The position numbers and the translations under genes were made by a program. Under the pieces are notes generated by a model. The model was not told where the DNA came from and ran no database searches. It worked only from the letters and a program-made list of their open reading frames with translations. From Bacillales bacterium (GTDB taxonomy: Bacteria; Bacillota_I; Bacilli_A; RF39; UBA660), in contig JAEEZV010000061.1 of assembly GCA_016291995.1 (NCBI GenBank), positions 1 through 39,214 on the forward strand: DNA of 39,214 nucleotides. Direction: 5' to 3'. Shown piece by piece: positions 28,399 to 37,669 of the stretch (position 1 is the stretch's first letter; each line of letters opens with the position of its first letter).

Positions 28399-31003
28399 AA
28401 TTATTATCGGTTACTTCAGTAGCTTGATTTATATCTTCATCAGAATCTTCTTTTTCCTTATCAACAATTGATATTGAACTAACCTTTTGACCTTCACGAA
28501 GATTAATTAATCTAACACCTTGAGTAACTCTACTCATTTCTGATATCTTATCAACAGCTAATCTAATAATTATTCCCTCATTAGTAACTATTATCAAATC
28601 TTCATCATTTTTAACAGTCTTAAATGATGTAATAATACCATTCTTATCAGTGATATTAAGAGTTTTAACACCTTTGCCGCCTCTATTTGTTAAACGATAC
28701 TCGTCAATTGGTGTTTTCTTTCCATAACCATTCTCTGTAACAACAAGTACTAATACATCCTTAGCAGCTATTTCCATACCTACTAGAATGCTATCATCCA
28801 ACGTAATACCTCTAACACCAGAAGCTCCTCTTCCCATAACCCTAACAAGTTTTTCTGGGAATCTAACCATTCTACCATTTGAAGATGCCATTAATATATC
28901 ATTTTCACCATTAGTATTCTTAACAGAGATTAACTCGTCATCTTCTTTAAGAGTAATAAATTTCTTACCATTAGATCTAATATTATAGAATTCACTAATG
29001 TCAGTACGTTTAATTAAACCACGTTTCGTAGCAAATACTAAATATTTCGTATCATCGCTCTTTGAACCATTTAATAATGATGTTACAAATTCACCAGCTT
29101 CAAGATTTAACAAATTAACAATTGGTAAACCTTTTGATTGCCTACTATATTCAGGAATTTCATATCCTTTAACACGATATACCTTACCCATATTTGTAAA
29201 GAATAATACATAATCATGTGTAGAACAATTAAGCATTCTATCAACAAAGTCTTCTTCATTAATAGTCATACCCTTAATACCTACTCCGCCACGATGCTGT
29301 GTTTTGTATGTATCAACAGGTAAACGTTTAATATAACCTTTATTTGTAAGTGTAATAACAATTCTCTCTTCAGGAATCAAACTTTCATCCTCAATATAAT
29401 CAATTGCTGTCATATCAATATGCGTTCTACGTTCATCAGCATATTTATTTTTAATTTCAAGTAATTCTTTCTTAATTATTTCAAGAACCTTTTGTTCAGA
29501 TGCCAATACTGATTTTAACTCTTCTATTTCAAGTAATAACTCCTTAAGTTCAGCTTCAATCTTATCCCTTTCTAGTCCAGTCAATCTACGTAATTTTAAT
29601 TCAAGAATAGCATCAGCTTGAACATCAGTTAACCCAAAACGATCCATTAATTTAGTTTTGGCTTCCTCATCAGTTTGAGCACCTCTAATAATCTTAATTA
29701 CTTCATCAATATGATCTTGAGCAATCTTATAACCTTCAAGTATATGAACTCTCTTTTCATCTCTATCTAAATCAAATTTAGTACGTCTAATAATAACAGT
29801 CTTTTGATGTTCAATATACTTAGCAATAATATCCTTAAGACCTAAAGTTCTAGGTGTTCCATTATCAATCATTAAAAATATAATACCATATTGAATTTGG
29901 AAATTCGTATGCTTATATAAATTATTTAATACAACTTGCGGATTAGCATCCCTTTTTAAAGTGATAGTAATCTTAACACCATCTTTTAGATCAGTATGAT
30001 AGTCAGAAATACCATCAATTATCTTATCTCTAACAAGTTCAGCAACCTTATTTTTTAGTTCCATTGTATTAACACCATATGGAACCTCAGTAATAACTAT
30101 TGTATTATGATTTTGATATTCTTCTATTTCAGCTCTACTTCTGATAGTAATGCTTCCTCTACCAGTATCATATGCCTTTTTAATGCCAGAATTTCCAAGA
30201 ATAATACCACCTGTAGGAAAATCTGGGCCTTTGATATATTCCATCAATCCAAGTGTATCAATTTCTGGATTATCAATATATGCCACACATCCATCTATTA
30301 CTTCACCTAAATTATGTGGTGGAATATTCGTAGCCATACCAACAGCTATACCCATAGTTCCATTAACTAAAATATTAGGAAATCTACTTGGAAGTACCGT
30401 TGGTTCATCTAATGTTTCATCAAAGTTTTTAGTCATATCAACAGTATTTTTTCTAATATCGGCAAGTAACTCTAATGATAATTTTGAAAGACGTGATTCA
30501 GTATAACGCATAGCTGCTGCTCCATCACCTTCAATATTACCAAAGTTACCATGACCATCAATAAGTAAATAACGTTGATTAAAATCTTGTGCCATTCTAA
30601 CCATGGCTTCATATATTGAAGAATCGCCATGTGGATGGTAATTACCCATAACCTCACCGACAGTTTTTGCTGACTTACGATGTGGTTTATCTGGAGTATA
30701 TCCTGAATTATACATACTCCATAAAATACGTCTATGAACAGGTTTTAAGCCATCTCTTAAATCTGGCAAAGCACGAGAAGTAATAACACTCATTGAATAC
30801 TCAAGAAATGATGTTTTTACTTCATCAACAATATTGTTCTCTGACAAACTATCTCTTTCATGAAAATATCCATTGAATTTATTACTATCACTAACCAACA
30901 TCTCTTCATCTTCTGAAGGAGTTTCTTCTTTTTGAGAAGTATCTTCAGTTCTTTCTAATAATTCTTCAATATCATCATCTAAATTTTGTTTTTCTTCGTC
31001 CAT
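28397..31003 (-). CDS. gyrA: DNA gyrase subunit A
   Basis: 868 aa with [26 protein letters not shown] and the active-site Tyr context AAMRYTE. A GGGGGTGA RBS precedes the first ATG. There is an extra acidic N-terminal segment of about 45 aa. Confidence 0.97.
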   Translation of the reverse strand: MDEEKQNLDDDIEELLERTEDTSQKEETPSEDEEMLVSDSNKFNGYFHERDSLSENNIVDEVKTSFLEYSMSVITSRALPDLRDGLKPVHRRILWSMYNSGYTPDKPHRKSAKTVGEVMGNYHPHGDSSIYEAMVRMAQDFNQRYLLIDGHGNFGNIEGDGAAAMRYTESRLSKLSLELLADIRKNTVDMTKNFDETLDEPTVLPSRFPNILVNGTMGIAVGMATNIPPHNLGEVIDGCVAYIDNPEIDTLGLMEYIKGPDFPTGGIILGNSGIKKAYDTGRGSITIRSRAEIEEYQNHNTIVITEVPYGVNTMELKNKVAELVRDKIIDGISDYHTDLKDGVKITITLKRDANPQVVLNNLYKHTNFQIQYGIIFLMIDNGTPRTLGLKDIIAKYIEHQKTVIIRRTKFDLDRDEKRVHILEGYKIAQDHIDEVIKIIRGAQTDEEAKTKLMDRFGLTDVQADAILELKLRRLTGLERDKIEAELKELLLEIEELKSVLASEQKVLEIIKKELLEIKNKYADERRTHIDMTAIDYIEDESLIPEERIVITLTNKGYIKRLPVDTYKTQHRGGVGIKGMTINEEDFVDRMLNCSTHDYVLFFTNMGKVYRVKGYEIPEYSRQSKGLPIVNLLNLEAGEFVTSLLNGSKSDDTKYLVFATKRGLIKRTDISEFYNIRSNGKKFITLKEDDELISVKNTNGENDILMASSNGRMVRFPEKLVRVMGRGASGVRGITLDDSILVGMEIAAKDVLVLVVTENGYGKKTPIDEYRLTNRGGKGVKTLNITDKNGIITSFKTVKNDEDLIIVTNEGIIIRLAVDKISEMSRVTQGVRLINLREGQKVSSISIVDKEKEDSDEDINQATEVTDNN

Positions 31004-31017
31004 AATGTCACCCCCTA

Positions 31018-32943
31018 CTAAATATCAAGATTTTGTACATATCTTGCGTTTTCCTCGATAAAACTTCTTCTAGGTTCAACTTCATCACCCATAAGTTTTT
31101 CAAATATCTTATCTGCAGCAACACAATCATCTACAGTGATTTTTCTAAGTACACGCTTTTCAATATCCATAGTTGTCTCATTTAATTCTTCTGCATCCAT
31201 TTCACCAAGACCTTTCATACGAGCAACTTCGTATTTAGTATTTGGCTGTAATGTAGCAAGATATGCATCTTTTTCTTCATCATTAAGAACATATTTTCGT
31301 GTTTTTCCATGCATTATTCTAAATAATGGTGGTTGTGCAGCATATACATGTCCTGCCTCAACTATTGGTTTAAAGAATCTGTAGAATAATGTTAATAATA
31401 ATACTCTTATATGTGATCCATCGACATCGGCATCGGTCATTATTATAATTTTATCGTACCTAAGTTTAGATAAATCAAATTCCTCGCCAATTCCAGTACC
31501 AAATGCAGTAATAATTGTTCTTATTTCTTCGTTAGATAAAGCCTTATCTAATCTAGCTTTCTCAACATTTAAAATTTTACCTCTTAAAGGAAGTATTGCT
31601 TGCGTTAAAGAATCTCTACCTTTTTTAGCAGATCCACCAGCACTATCTCCCTCGACTATAAATATTTCTGATACAGTGGGATCTTTACTCTTACAGTCTG
31701 ATAACTTACCAAAAAATGAAGTTGTAGCTAAATCAGATTTTCTTGTAATTTCTCTAGCTTTCCTAGCTGCATTTCTAGCTCTACATGCTAACATTGCCTT
31801 ACTAACAATAGTTCTAGCATCATCTGGATTTTCTAGTAAAAATCTTTCAAATCCCTGACTAAAAATACTATCAGCTAACTTTCTAACTTCAGAGTTTCCA
31901 AGCCTTCCTTTAGTCTGACCTTCAAACTGAGGATTAGGATGTTTACAAGAAATAATCATTGTTAGACCTTCTTTAACATCATCACCAGTCAAAGAATCAT
32001 CTTTTTCTTTTAATAATCCATTTTTCCTTGCATATGCATTAATAACTCTAGTTAAAGCTCTTCTAACACCTTCTTCATGTGTTCCACCATCATGTGTATT
32101 AATATTATTAACAAATGAATAAATATTGTCATTATATCCATCTGTATATTGCATTGCAACTTCTAAAAACACACCATCTTCTTCACCATTTAAATGAATT
32201 ATATCGTTATGTATTGGTGTTTTTCCTTGATTTATAAATGAAACATATTCACTAATTCCGCCTTCATAAAAGAATCTTTCACCTGTTGTATCTTCTTCAT
32301 CCCTATCATCTCTAAGTGTAATAGCAAGTCCTCTATTTAAGAAAGCTAACTCCCTAATTCTTACTTTAAGTATCTCATAATCATATATTTCACTATCAAA
32401 TATTGTTGGATCTGGTTTAAAGGTAACAACTGTTCCAGTTCTTTCTTTATCACATTCTCCGATTACTTTTAATGGTTCAACAGCATGTCCACCATTTTCA
32501 AATCTAATAAAGTGTACCTGTCCATTTTTATAAACTGTTACTTCTAACCATTTAGATAATGCATTAACTACTGATGCACCTACACCATGAAGTCCACCGG
32601 ATACCTTATATCCTCCACCACCAAATTTACCACCAGCATGAAGCACTGTATAAACAGTTTCTACTGTTGATTTTTTAGTTTTAGGATGTATTTCAACTGG
32701 AATACCACGTCCGTCATCTTTTACAGTTATAGAATTATCTTTATTGATAACTACTTCTATATCGTCGCAATATCCAGCCAATGCCTCATCTATCGAATTA
32801 TCAACTATCTCCCATACTAAATGATGAAGACCTTTAATATCGGTAGTGCCTATATACATACCTGGTCTTTTTCTTACTGCCTCTAATCCTTCAAGTACTT
32901 GAATATCCGAAGCATCATAATGTTCATTATTTTTCTCGTTCAT
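31018..32943 (-). CDS. gyrB: DNA gyrase subunit B
   Basis: [17 protein letters not shown], Toprim [10 protein letters not shown] and [10 protein letters not shown]. The start was set at MNEKNN... (AAGGA RBS), which removes the overlap with recF and matches Bacillus GyrB length. The track's 32985 start is possible. Confidence 0.95.
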   Translation of the reverse strand: MNEKNNEHYDASDIQVLEGLEAVRKRPGMYIGTTDIKGLHHLVWEIVDNSIDEALAGYCDDIEVVINKDNSITVKDDGRGIPVEIHPKTKKSTVETVYTVLHAGGKFGGGGYKVSGGLHGVGASVVNALSKWLEVTVYKNGQVHFIRFENGGHAVEPLKVIGECDKERTGTVVTFKPDPTIFDSEIYDYEILKVRIRELAFLNRGLAITLRDDRDEEDTTGERFFYEGGISEYVSFINQGKTPIHNDIIHLNGEEDGVFLEVAMQYTDGYNDNIYSFVNNINTHDGGTHEEGVRRALTRVINAYARKNGLLKEKDDSLTGDDVKEGLTMIISCKHPNPQFEGQTKGRLGNSEVRKLADSIFSQGFERFLLENPDDARTIVSKAMLACRARNAARKAREITRKSDLATTSFFGKLSDCKSKDPTVSEIFIVEGDSAGGSAKKGRDSLTQAILPLRGKILNVEKARLDKALSNEEIRTIITAFGTGIGEEFDLSKLRYDKIIIMTDADVDGSHIRVLLLTLFYRFFKPIVEAGHVYAAQPPLFRIMHGKTRKYVLNDEEKDAYLATLQPNTKYEVARMKGLGEMDAEELNETTMDIEKRVLRKITVDDCVAADKIFEKLMGDEVEPRRSFIEENARYVQNLDI

Positions 32944-32962
32944 TTCTACCACATCCTTCTTG

Positions 32963-34057
32963 TTAATCAACGATTCTTCCATCATCTATTTCATATATTT
33001 TTGAACCCCTAATAGTTCTTTTATCAACATTCTTTAAATCAGTAGTCGTAACAATAATTTGAATATCTTTATTTAAATAACCAATTACCTTATTTCTCTT
33101 TTCTACATCTAATTCACTAAATAAATCATCTAGTAGTAAAACAGGATACTCTTGAGTAATATTATAAAACACCTCTATCTCAGCCAATTTAAGCGCCAAT
33201 ATAGCCATCTTTTGCTGTCCTTGTGATCCATATAACAATAAATCATTATCTTTCAATATGAAGCTAAAATCGTCTCTATGTGGGCCTATTAAAGTTGTAC
33301 CATATATTTTTTCTTTTTCTAAATTACTCTCTAGTTTCTTTAACATAATACTACTATAATCATCATTTTTAACATCTATACTGGGTAAATACTTGATATA
33401 TAACCCTTCAACGCCAGCAATATCATTATATATATCACCTATATATTTATTAACTTCATTAACAAAATTAATACGATAATTATATATATCCGTAGCAAGT
33501 TCTACCATCTTAGAATTGAGAATATCTAAATATACATTATTGATATTCCCATTTCTAATTACTTTTAAATATTCATTTCGTTGACGTAATATCAAATTAT
33601 AATCATTTAAAACATTAATATATTTTAAATATAACTGACTGATTTCAATATTTAAAAATCTTCTTCGATTATTTGGTGATTCCTTAATTAACCTCACATC
33701 ATCTGGATTAAATAAAATAACTCTTAAATTTCCAAGATATTGTGAATGTTTTTTTATTTCTTCACCATTAACTTCCAATTTCTTACCATTGGCATTCATT
33801 AATATAGATATTTTTTTGTTACTTTCATTATTATTAATTAATCCTTCTATTTTAGAAAATAACATATCTTTCTTAATACAAGTCTTATCGTTAATAGGAA
33901 AATTAGATTTTGTAATTGATAAAAAATAAATAGCTTCTAGTATATTTGTCTTTCCTTGGGCATTATTTCCAATAATAATATTTAATTTATCGTTAAATAC
34001 TATTTCTATATCATCATAATTTCGAAAATTCTTTAATTTTAATTTTTCAATTTTCAC
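32963..34057 (-). CDS. recF: DNA replication and repair protein RecF
   Basis: 364 aa with a GTG start, [14 protein letters not shown] and Walker [15 protein letters not shown]. Confidence 0.93.
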   Translation of the reverse strand: MKIEKLKLKNFRNYDDIEIVFNDKLNIIIGNNAQGKTNILEAIYFLSITKSNFPINDKTCIKKDMLFSKIEGLINNNESNKKISILMNANGKKLEVNGEEIKKHSQYLGNLRVILFNPDDVRLIKESPNNRRRFLNIEISQLYLKYINVLNDYNLILRQRNEYLKVIRNGNINNVYLDILNSKMVELATDIYNYRINFVNEVNKYIGDIYNDIAGVEGLYIKYLPSIDVKNDDYSSIMLKKLESNLEKEKIYGTTLIGPHRDDFSFILKDNDLLLYGSQGQQKMAILALKLAEIEVFYNITQEYPVLLLDDLFSELDVEKRNKVIGYLNKDIQIIVTTTDLKNVDKRTIRGSKIYEIDDGRIVD

Positions 34058-34158
34058 CTTAATTTTACCTCTTCATATAGTACCCCACAAATATACATTA
34101 TTTATTAATTATTACATTATAATTATAACATATTTTGCTTAAAAAATAAAGAAAAAAT

Positions 34159-34608
34159 CTACTTTTCTAGACTTTTTCTTCGCTTATTTAATTCATAATC
34201 TAAAATTAAACTTCTAGTTACCTGATTATCGACTATATAATATGAAAAATCTATTGTTATTATCTTATTATTTTTGAAATAAAATATTGTTTTATTATCG
34301 TCTTTTTCATATTTTTCTAAATTATTAAAAGAAATCCATATATTATTCTTACTTCTAACTGATTTTAATGGAAAAAAGATAATATTTCTACTTTCTTCAA
34401 CAATTATTGGTGTTTTAGATGATAAATTAACAAGTCTGTTGGTAGTTTTTATTCTATCAGTAAGATTGCTACCAAAGAATTTACATGAATTATTAATAAT
34501 TTCTTTAGATGATATATTCTCAATATAATCCATATTTTCTGTAATTATCCTTGTATGACTATCGTCTATGCCTATCAACATGTCTGTTGATAAATCTATT
34601 TCATACAT
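34159..34608 (-). CDS. ComK-family transcription factor homologue
   Basis: SCKFFGSNL..R......V......TPIIVEES.NIIFFP..S.RS..N.WISFNN...........I.F.NNK...IDFSY....NQV.RS..L aligns with B. subtilis ComK (SCRFFGSS...KPPIMVDPSNQIFLFPT.S.R...C.WIS...ISYNSFENQVYRT). The start was set at MYEIDL with an AAGGGGGG RBS. Confidence 0.75.
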   Translation of the reverse strand: MYEIDLSTDMLIGIDDSHTRIITENMDYIENISSKEIINNSCKFFGSNLTDRIKTTNRLVNLSSKTPIIVEESRNIIFFPLKSVRSKNNIWISFNNLEKYEKDDNKTIFYFKNNKIITIDFSYYIVDNQVTRSLILDYELNKRRKSLEK

Positions 34609-34679
34609 AATATCCCCCCTTAACTCTTTAGTATGACACATGTCTTTGTCGAATTATGTAGAATTATGTCGGAGATATA

Positions 34680-34712
34680 AAAAAATAAAAAAGACATAAA
34701 TTAATATGTCTT
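34680..34712 (-). terminator. intrinsic terminator overlapping the dnaN stop codon
   Basis: The minus strand reads AAGACATA-TTAATT-TATGTCTT followed by TTTTATTTTTT. Confidence 0.6.
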
Positions 34713-35816
34713 AATTGGTAATACTAATTGTACTAATGAACTTTCATCATCACTCTTTATAATTATTGGTGAGTTATCATCATTCATTAATATATGAATC
34801 TTTTCACTACCAAAACTTTTAATAGCATCTAACATATATTTAGAACTAAATGATATAGATATTTTACTATCGTTATCAATAGCAATTTTTTCTTCTACTT
34901 TACCAATTTCAGGAGAATTAGATGAAATTATTAATTCCTTATTATCTAATGTTAGTTTAATTGTATTTTTATCCTTATCTGATGTAAGTAAAGAAGCTCT
35001 ATCAATCATATCATATAGAGAATCAAATTCACATTCAATATCAACATTAAATTTACTTGGAATGATATTTGAAGATACTGGATATGTTCCACTAATTAAT
35101 CTTGATAAGAAAATCATATTTTTATATTTAAATAAAACTTTATTACTAAATACATGTAGATAAATATTCTCATTATCATCATCTAGCATTCTAGATAATT
35201 CCACTAAATTCTTACTAGGAATAACTAAATTAAATTCATTTTCGTATTTATCATTTAATTTAATTTCTTTTCTAGCCAATCTATAACTATCAGTTGCAAT
35301 TACTTCTAGTTTATCTTTATTTAATTTAAAATTAATACCTGTAAGTAATGGTCTTGTCTCAGAAAGAGATGTAGCAAAGAAAGTTTGATTTACTAAACTC
35401 TTAAGTGATATTGGATTTAAAACAATTGGATTCTTAGTTTCTTCTAAATCTAAATTAGGAAATTCATTTGGATCTACTCCATTTAAATTAAATTCAGAAC
35501 CAGTTGTTTGAATAATCATATTAAATCCATCAACAACTTCAATTGAAATATCACTATCAGGTAATTTTTTAATAATTTCTACAATATATTTTCCACTAAT
35601 AACAATACTACCAACTTCTTCTATTTTTTCTATTTGATCTTTTGGTATAAATGTTCTAATAGATATATCAGAATCACTAGCAAATAAATATAATCCTTCT
35701 TTTTTTAAATCAAATTTAATACCTGTTAATATTGGAATTAAATTTCTACTGGAAATAGCCTTAGATGTATTTAATAAATTTTCAAGTAAAACATTTTTCT
35801 TAATAATAAATTTCAT
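34701..35816 (-). CDS. dnaN: DNA polymerase III beta sliding clamp
   Basis: 371 aa with an MKFII.K..L start and a three-domain length. It lies directly after dnaA. Confidence 0.95.
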   Translation of the reverse strand: MKFIIKKNVLLENLLNTSKAISSRNLIPILTGIKFDLKKEGLYLFASDSDISIRTFIPKDQIEKIEEVGSIVISGKYIVEIIKKLPDSDISIEVVDGFNMIIQTTGSEFNLNGVDPNEFPNLDLEETKNPIVLNPISLKSLVNQTFFATSLSETRPLLTGINFKLNKDKLEVIATDSYRLARKEIKLNDKYENEFNLVIPSKNLVELSRMLDDDNENIYLHVFSNKVLFKYKNMIFLSRLISGTYPVSSNIIPSKFNVDIECEFDSLYDMIDRASLLTSDKDKNTIKLTLDNKELIISSNSPEIGKVEEKIAIDNDSKISISFSSKYMLDAIKSFGSEKIHILMNDDNSPIIIKSDDESSLVQLVLPIKTY

Positions 35817-35964
35817 ATTTTTTTCCTTCTTTCTTAATTGAATTATTATAACTATTATACTTGTTGATACTGTTGATAACTTACTTAAAATCTTTATTTT
35901 ATAACGTTTTATTTATCAACAAGGTATGTTGGTATAATAAGAAATAATTAACACCAATCAACAA
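35817..35964. other. oriC: oriC part 2 (dnaA-dnaN spacer): DnaA boxes plus an AT-rich candidate unwinding element
   Basis: TGTTGATAC (35862-35870), TGTTGATAA (35871-35879) and TTATCAACA (35913-35921) flank the 33-bp AT-rich tract CTTACTTAAAATCTTTATTTTATAACGTTTTAT. The layout resembles B. subtilis incC. Confidence 0.7.
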
Positions 35965-37335
35965 CTAACTCAAACTCCTTTTTAAATCTTTTATTACATT
36001 TCTTAAATCATCATTCTTAGTAATTTCTTCTCGTATTTTTTTATCAGCACTAATTATTGTAGAATGATTTCTTCCTCCAAAATAAGAACCAATCTTAGGA
36101 AAAGATTCTGTCGTTAATTCTCTACATAAGTAAATTGCTACTTGTCTAGGAAAATTAACAGAATTATTTCTATTTTTACCTTTCATTTGTTCAATACTAA
36201 TTTTGTAGTAGTCACATACAGCCCTTTGAATTCTTTGTACATCATTCTTATAAATACTCTTACCATGCAATTGATCTTTCAAAGCTTCAACTGCAATATC
36301 TAAAGTAACCTCACCATGATTAAACATAGATGAATATGCTAATACTCTTGTAATAGCACCTTCTAACTTTCTAATATCCGAATCAAAATTATTTGCAATA
36401 TATTCAATAACTTCTATTGGTATATCACTAGCTGTTTCCTTAAATGCTAACTTATTCTTAATAATATTTACTCTAAGATCATAATCAGGTGTTGCTATAT
36501 TTGCTGTAAGTCCCCAATTAAATCTAGTAATAAGTCTATTTTCAAATGAATTTAAGTCATCTACAGGTCTATCCGAAGCAATAATTATTTGTTTATTCGC
36601 ACTATGTAATTCATTAAATGTATTAAAAAACTCTTCTTGTCCTTTTGGTGCAGTACCTAAAAACTGAATATCATCAATCATCAGAACATCTACATTTCGA
36701 TATTTTTCTTTAAAAGCATCAATCTTATCAAAATTATTTTTATCACTATATCTAAATATTCTTGTATATTCATCAACAAATTTATCACTCGTTATATATA
36801 ATACTTTCTTATCAGAGTTCTTTATTATATAATTGCCTATCGCATGCATTAAATGAGTTTTACCAACACCACTCTCACCATATAATACTAAAGGATTATA
36901 TGATCCCGGAGCTTCAGCAGTCATTACCGCAGCCTTATAAGCAAAATTATTACTTTTACCAACAACAAATGTTTCAAAAGTATAATCAGGATTTAAATTA
37001 GCATTAAAAGGAGATTGTTTCTCATGAACTACTAAATCATTAAAAGTATCATTTTTATGTTTATTCTTTTCTAATTCCTGTATTTCACTTTCTAATATAA
37101 TATTGAATGTAATATTATCGTTGGTAACTTTCGCCATAGCCTCATTCATCATATTTAGATAAAATTCTTCAATATGTTTTTTTATAAATTCTTGATTGAC
37201 GGTAATGGTAAGTACATTATTTTCCAAAGAATAAAATTTTGTATCCTCTTCATTAAACCACGTATCGAAAGACATATTAGTCAGTTCGTTTTTTAAGTTG
37301 TCTAAAAATTTATTCCATAGTTCTCTACCATTCAT
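35965..37335 (-). CDS. dnaA: chromosomal replication initiator DnaA
   Basis: 456 aa with Walker A GESGVGKTHLMHAIGN, Walker B LMIDDIQF and a C-terminal HTH (FGGRNHSTI). Confidence 0.97.
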   Translation of the reverse strand: MNGRELWNKFLDNLKNELTNMSFDTWFNEEDTKFYSLENNVLTITVNQEFIKKHIEEFYLNMMNEAMAKVTNDNITFNIILESEIQELEKNKHKNDTFNDLVVHEKQSPFNANLNPDYTFETFVVGKSNNFAYKAAVMTAEAPGSYNPLVLYGESGVGKTHLMHAIGNYIIKNSDKKVLYITSDKFVDEYTRIFRYSDKNNFDKIDAFKEKYRNVDVLMIDDIQFLGTAPKGQEEFFNTFNELHSANKQIIIASDRPVDDLNSFENRLITRFNWGLTANIATPDYDLRVNIIKNKLAFKETASDIPIEVIEYIANNFDSDIRKLEGAITRVLAYSSMFNHGEVTLDIAVEALKDQLHGKSIYKNDVQRIQRAVCDYYKISIEQMKGKNRNNSVNFPRQVAIYLCRELTTESFPKIGSYFGGRNHSTIISADKKIREEITKNDDLRNVIKDLKRSLS

Positions 37336-37379
37336 AACCGCTACCTCACATTCAGTTCTAACTTTATTTTAACACATTA

Positions 37380-37636
37380 AAAAGCTTTGTCTACAACAAT
37401 TTTCACTATCAACAAGTTGTAAACAAGTTATCAACAACTTTTCAACAATATAATACCATATAAAATAAGGATTTAAAAGAGTTTTCAACAATTTTTAATA
37501 CAAATATTTCCCTGTTAATAAAATTATCTACATTTGTTATAACATGTTGAAAAATAAGGGTTTTGTTGATAATTACAATAAACACTTAAAAATAACAAAA
37601 AAAGGTATATATTTATCAACAACATCTGTGGAAAAT
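37380..37636. other. oriC: oriC part 1: DnaA-box cluster upstream of dnaA
   Basis: Boxes 1-2 mismatches from TTATCCACA are: CTATCAACA 37406, TTATCAACA 37428, TTTTCAACA 37439 and 37482, TGTTGAAAA 37545, TGTTGATAA 37564, TTATCAACA 37613 and TGTGGAAAA 37627. Confidence 0.75.
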
Positions 37637-37666
37637 AAAACCCGGGAAATAATTTCCCGGGAAATA
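37632..37666 (-). terminator. intrinsic terminator of the HerA-like gene, containing an exact ATTTCCCGGGAAAT palindrome
   Basis: The minus strand reads CCCGGGAAA-TTA-TTTCCCGGG followed by TTTTATTTT, 4 nt after the TAG stop. See the findings for the Noc-binding-site match. Confidence 0.7.
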
Positions 37667-37669
37667 TAA

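Noticed and set aside
25421-32985. Inteins or programmed frameshifting in dnaX, gyrA or gyrB
   Set aside because: Protein lengths and motif spacing are normal apart from the GyrA N-terminal tail. No Cys/Ser...HN splice-junction insertions are present. The dnaX ORF is uninterrupted, and I could not confirm any slippery site.
37641-37661. The CCCGGG hairpin as nothing more than a terminator
   Set aside because: This reading is not fully rejected. The terminator call is kept as the feature call, and the exact 14/14 Noc-site match is kept as a separate finding because it is too specific to ignore.
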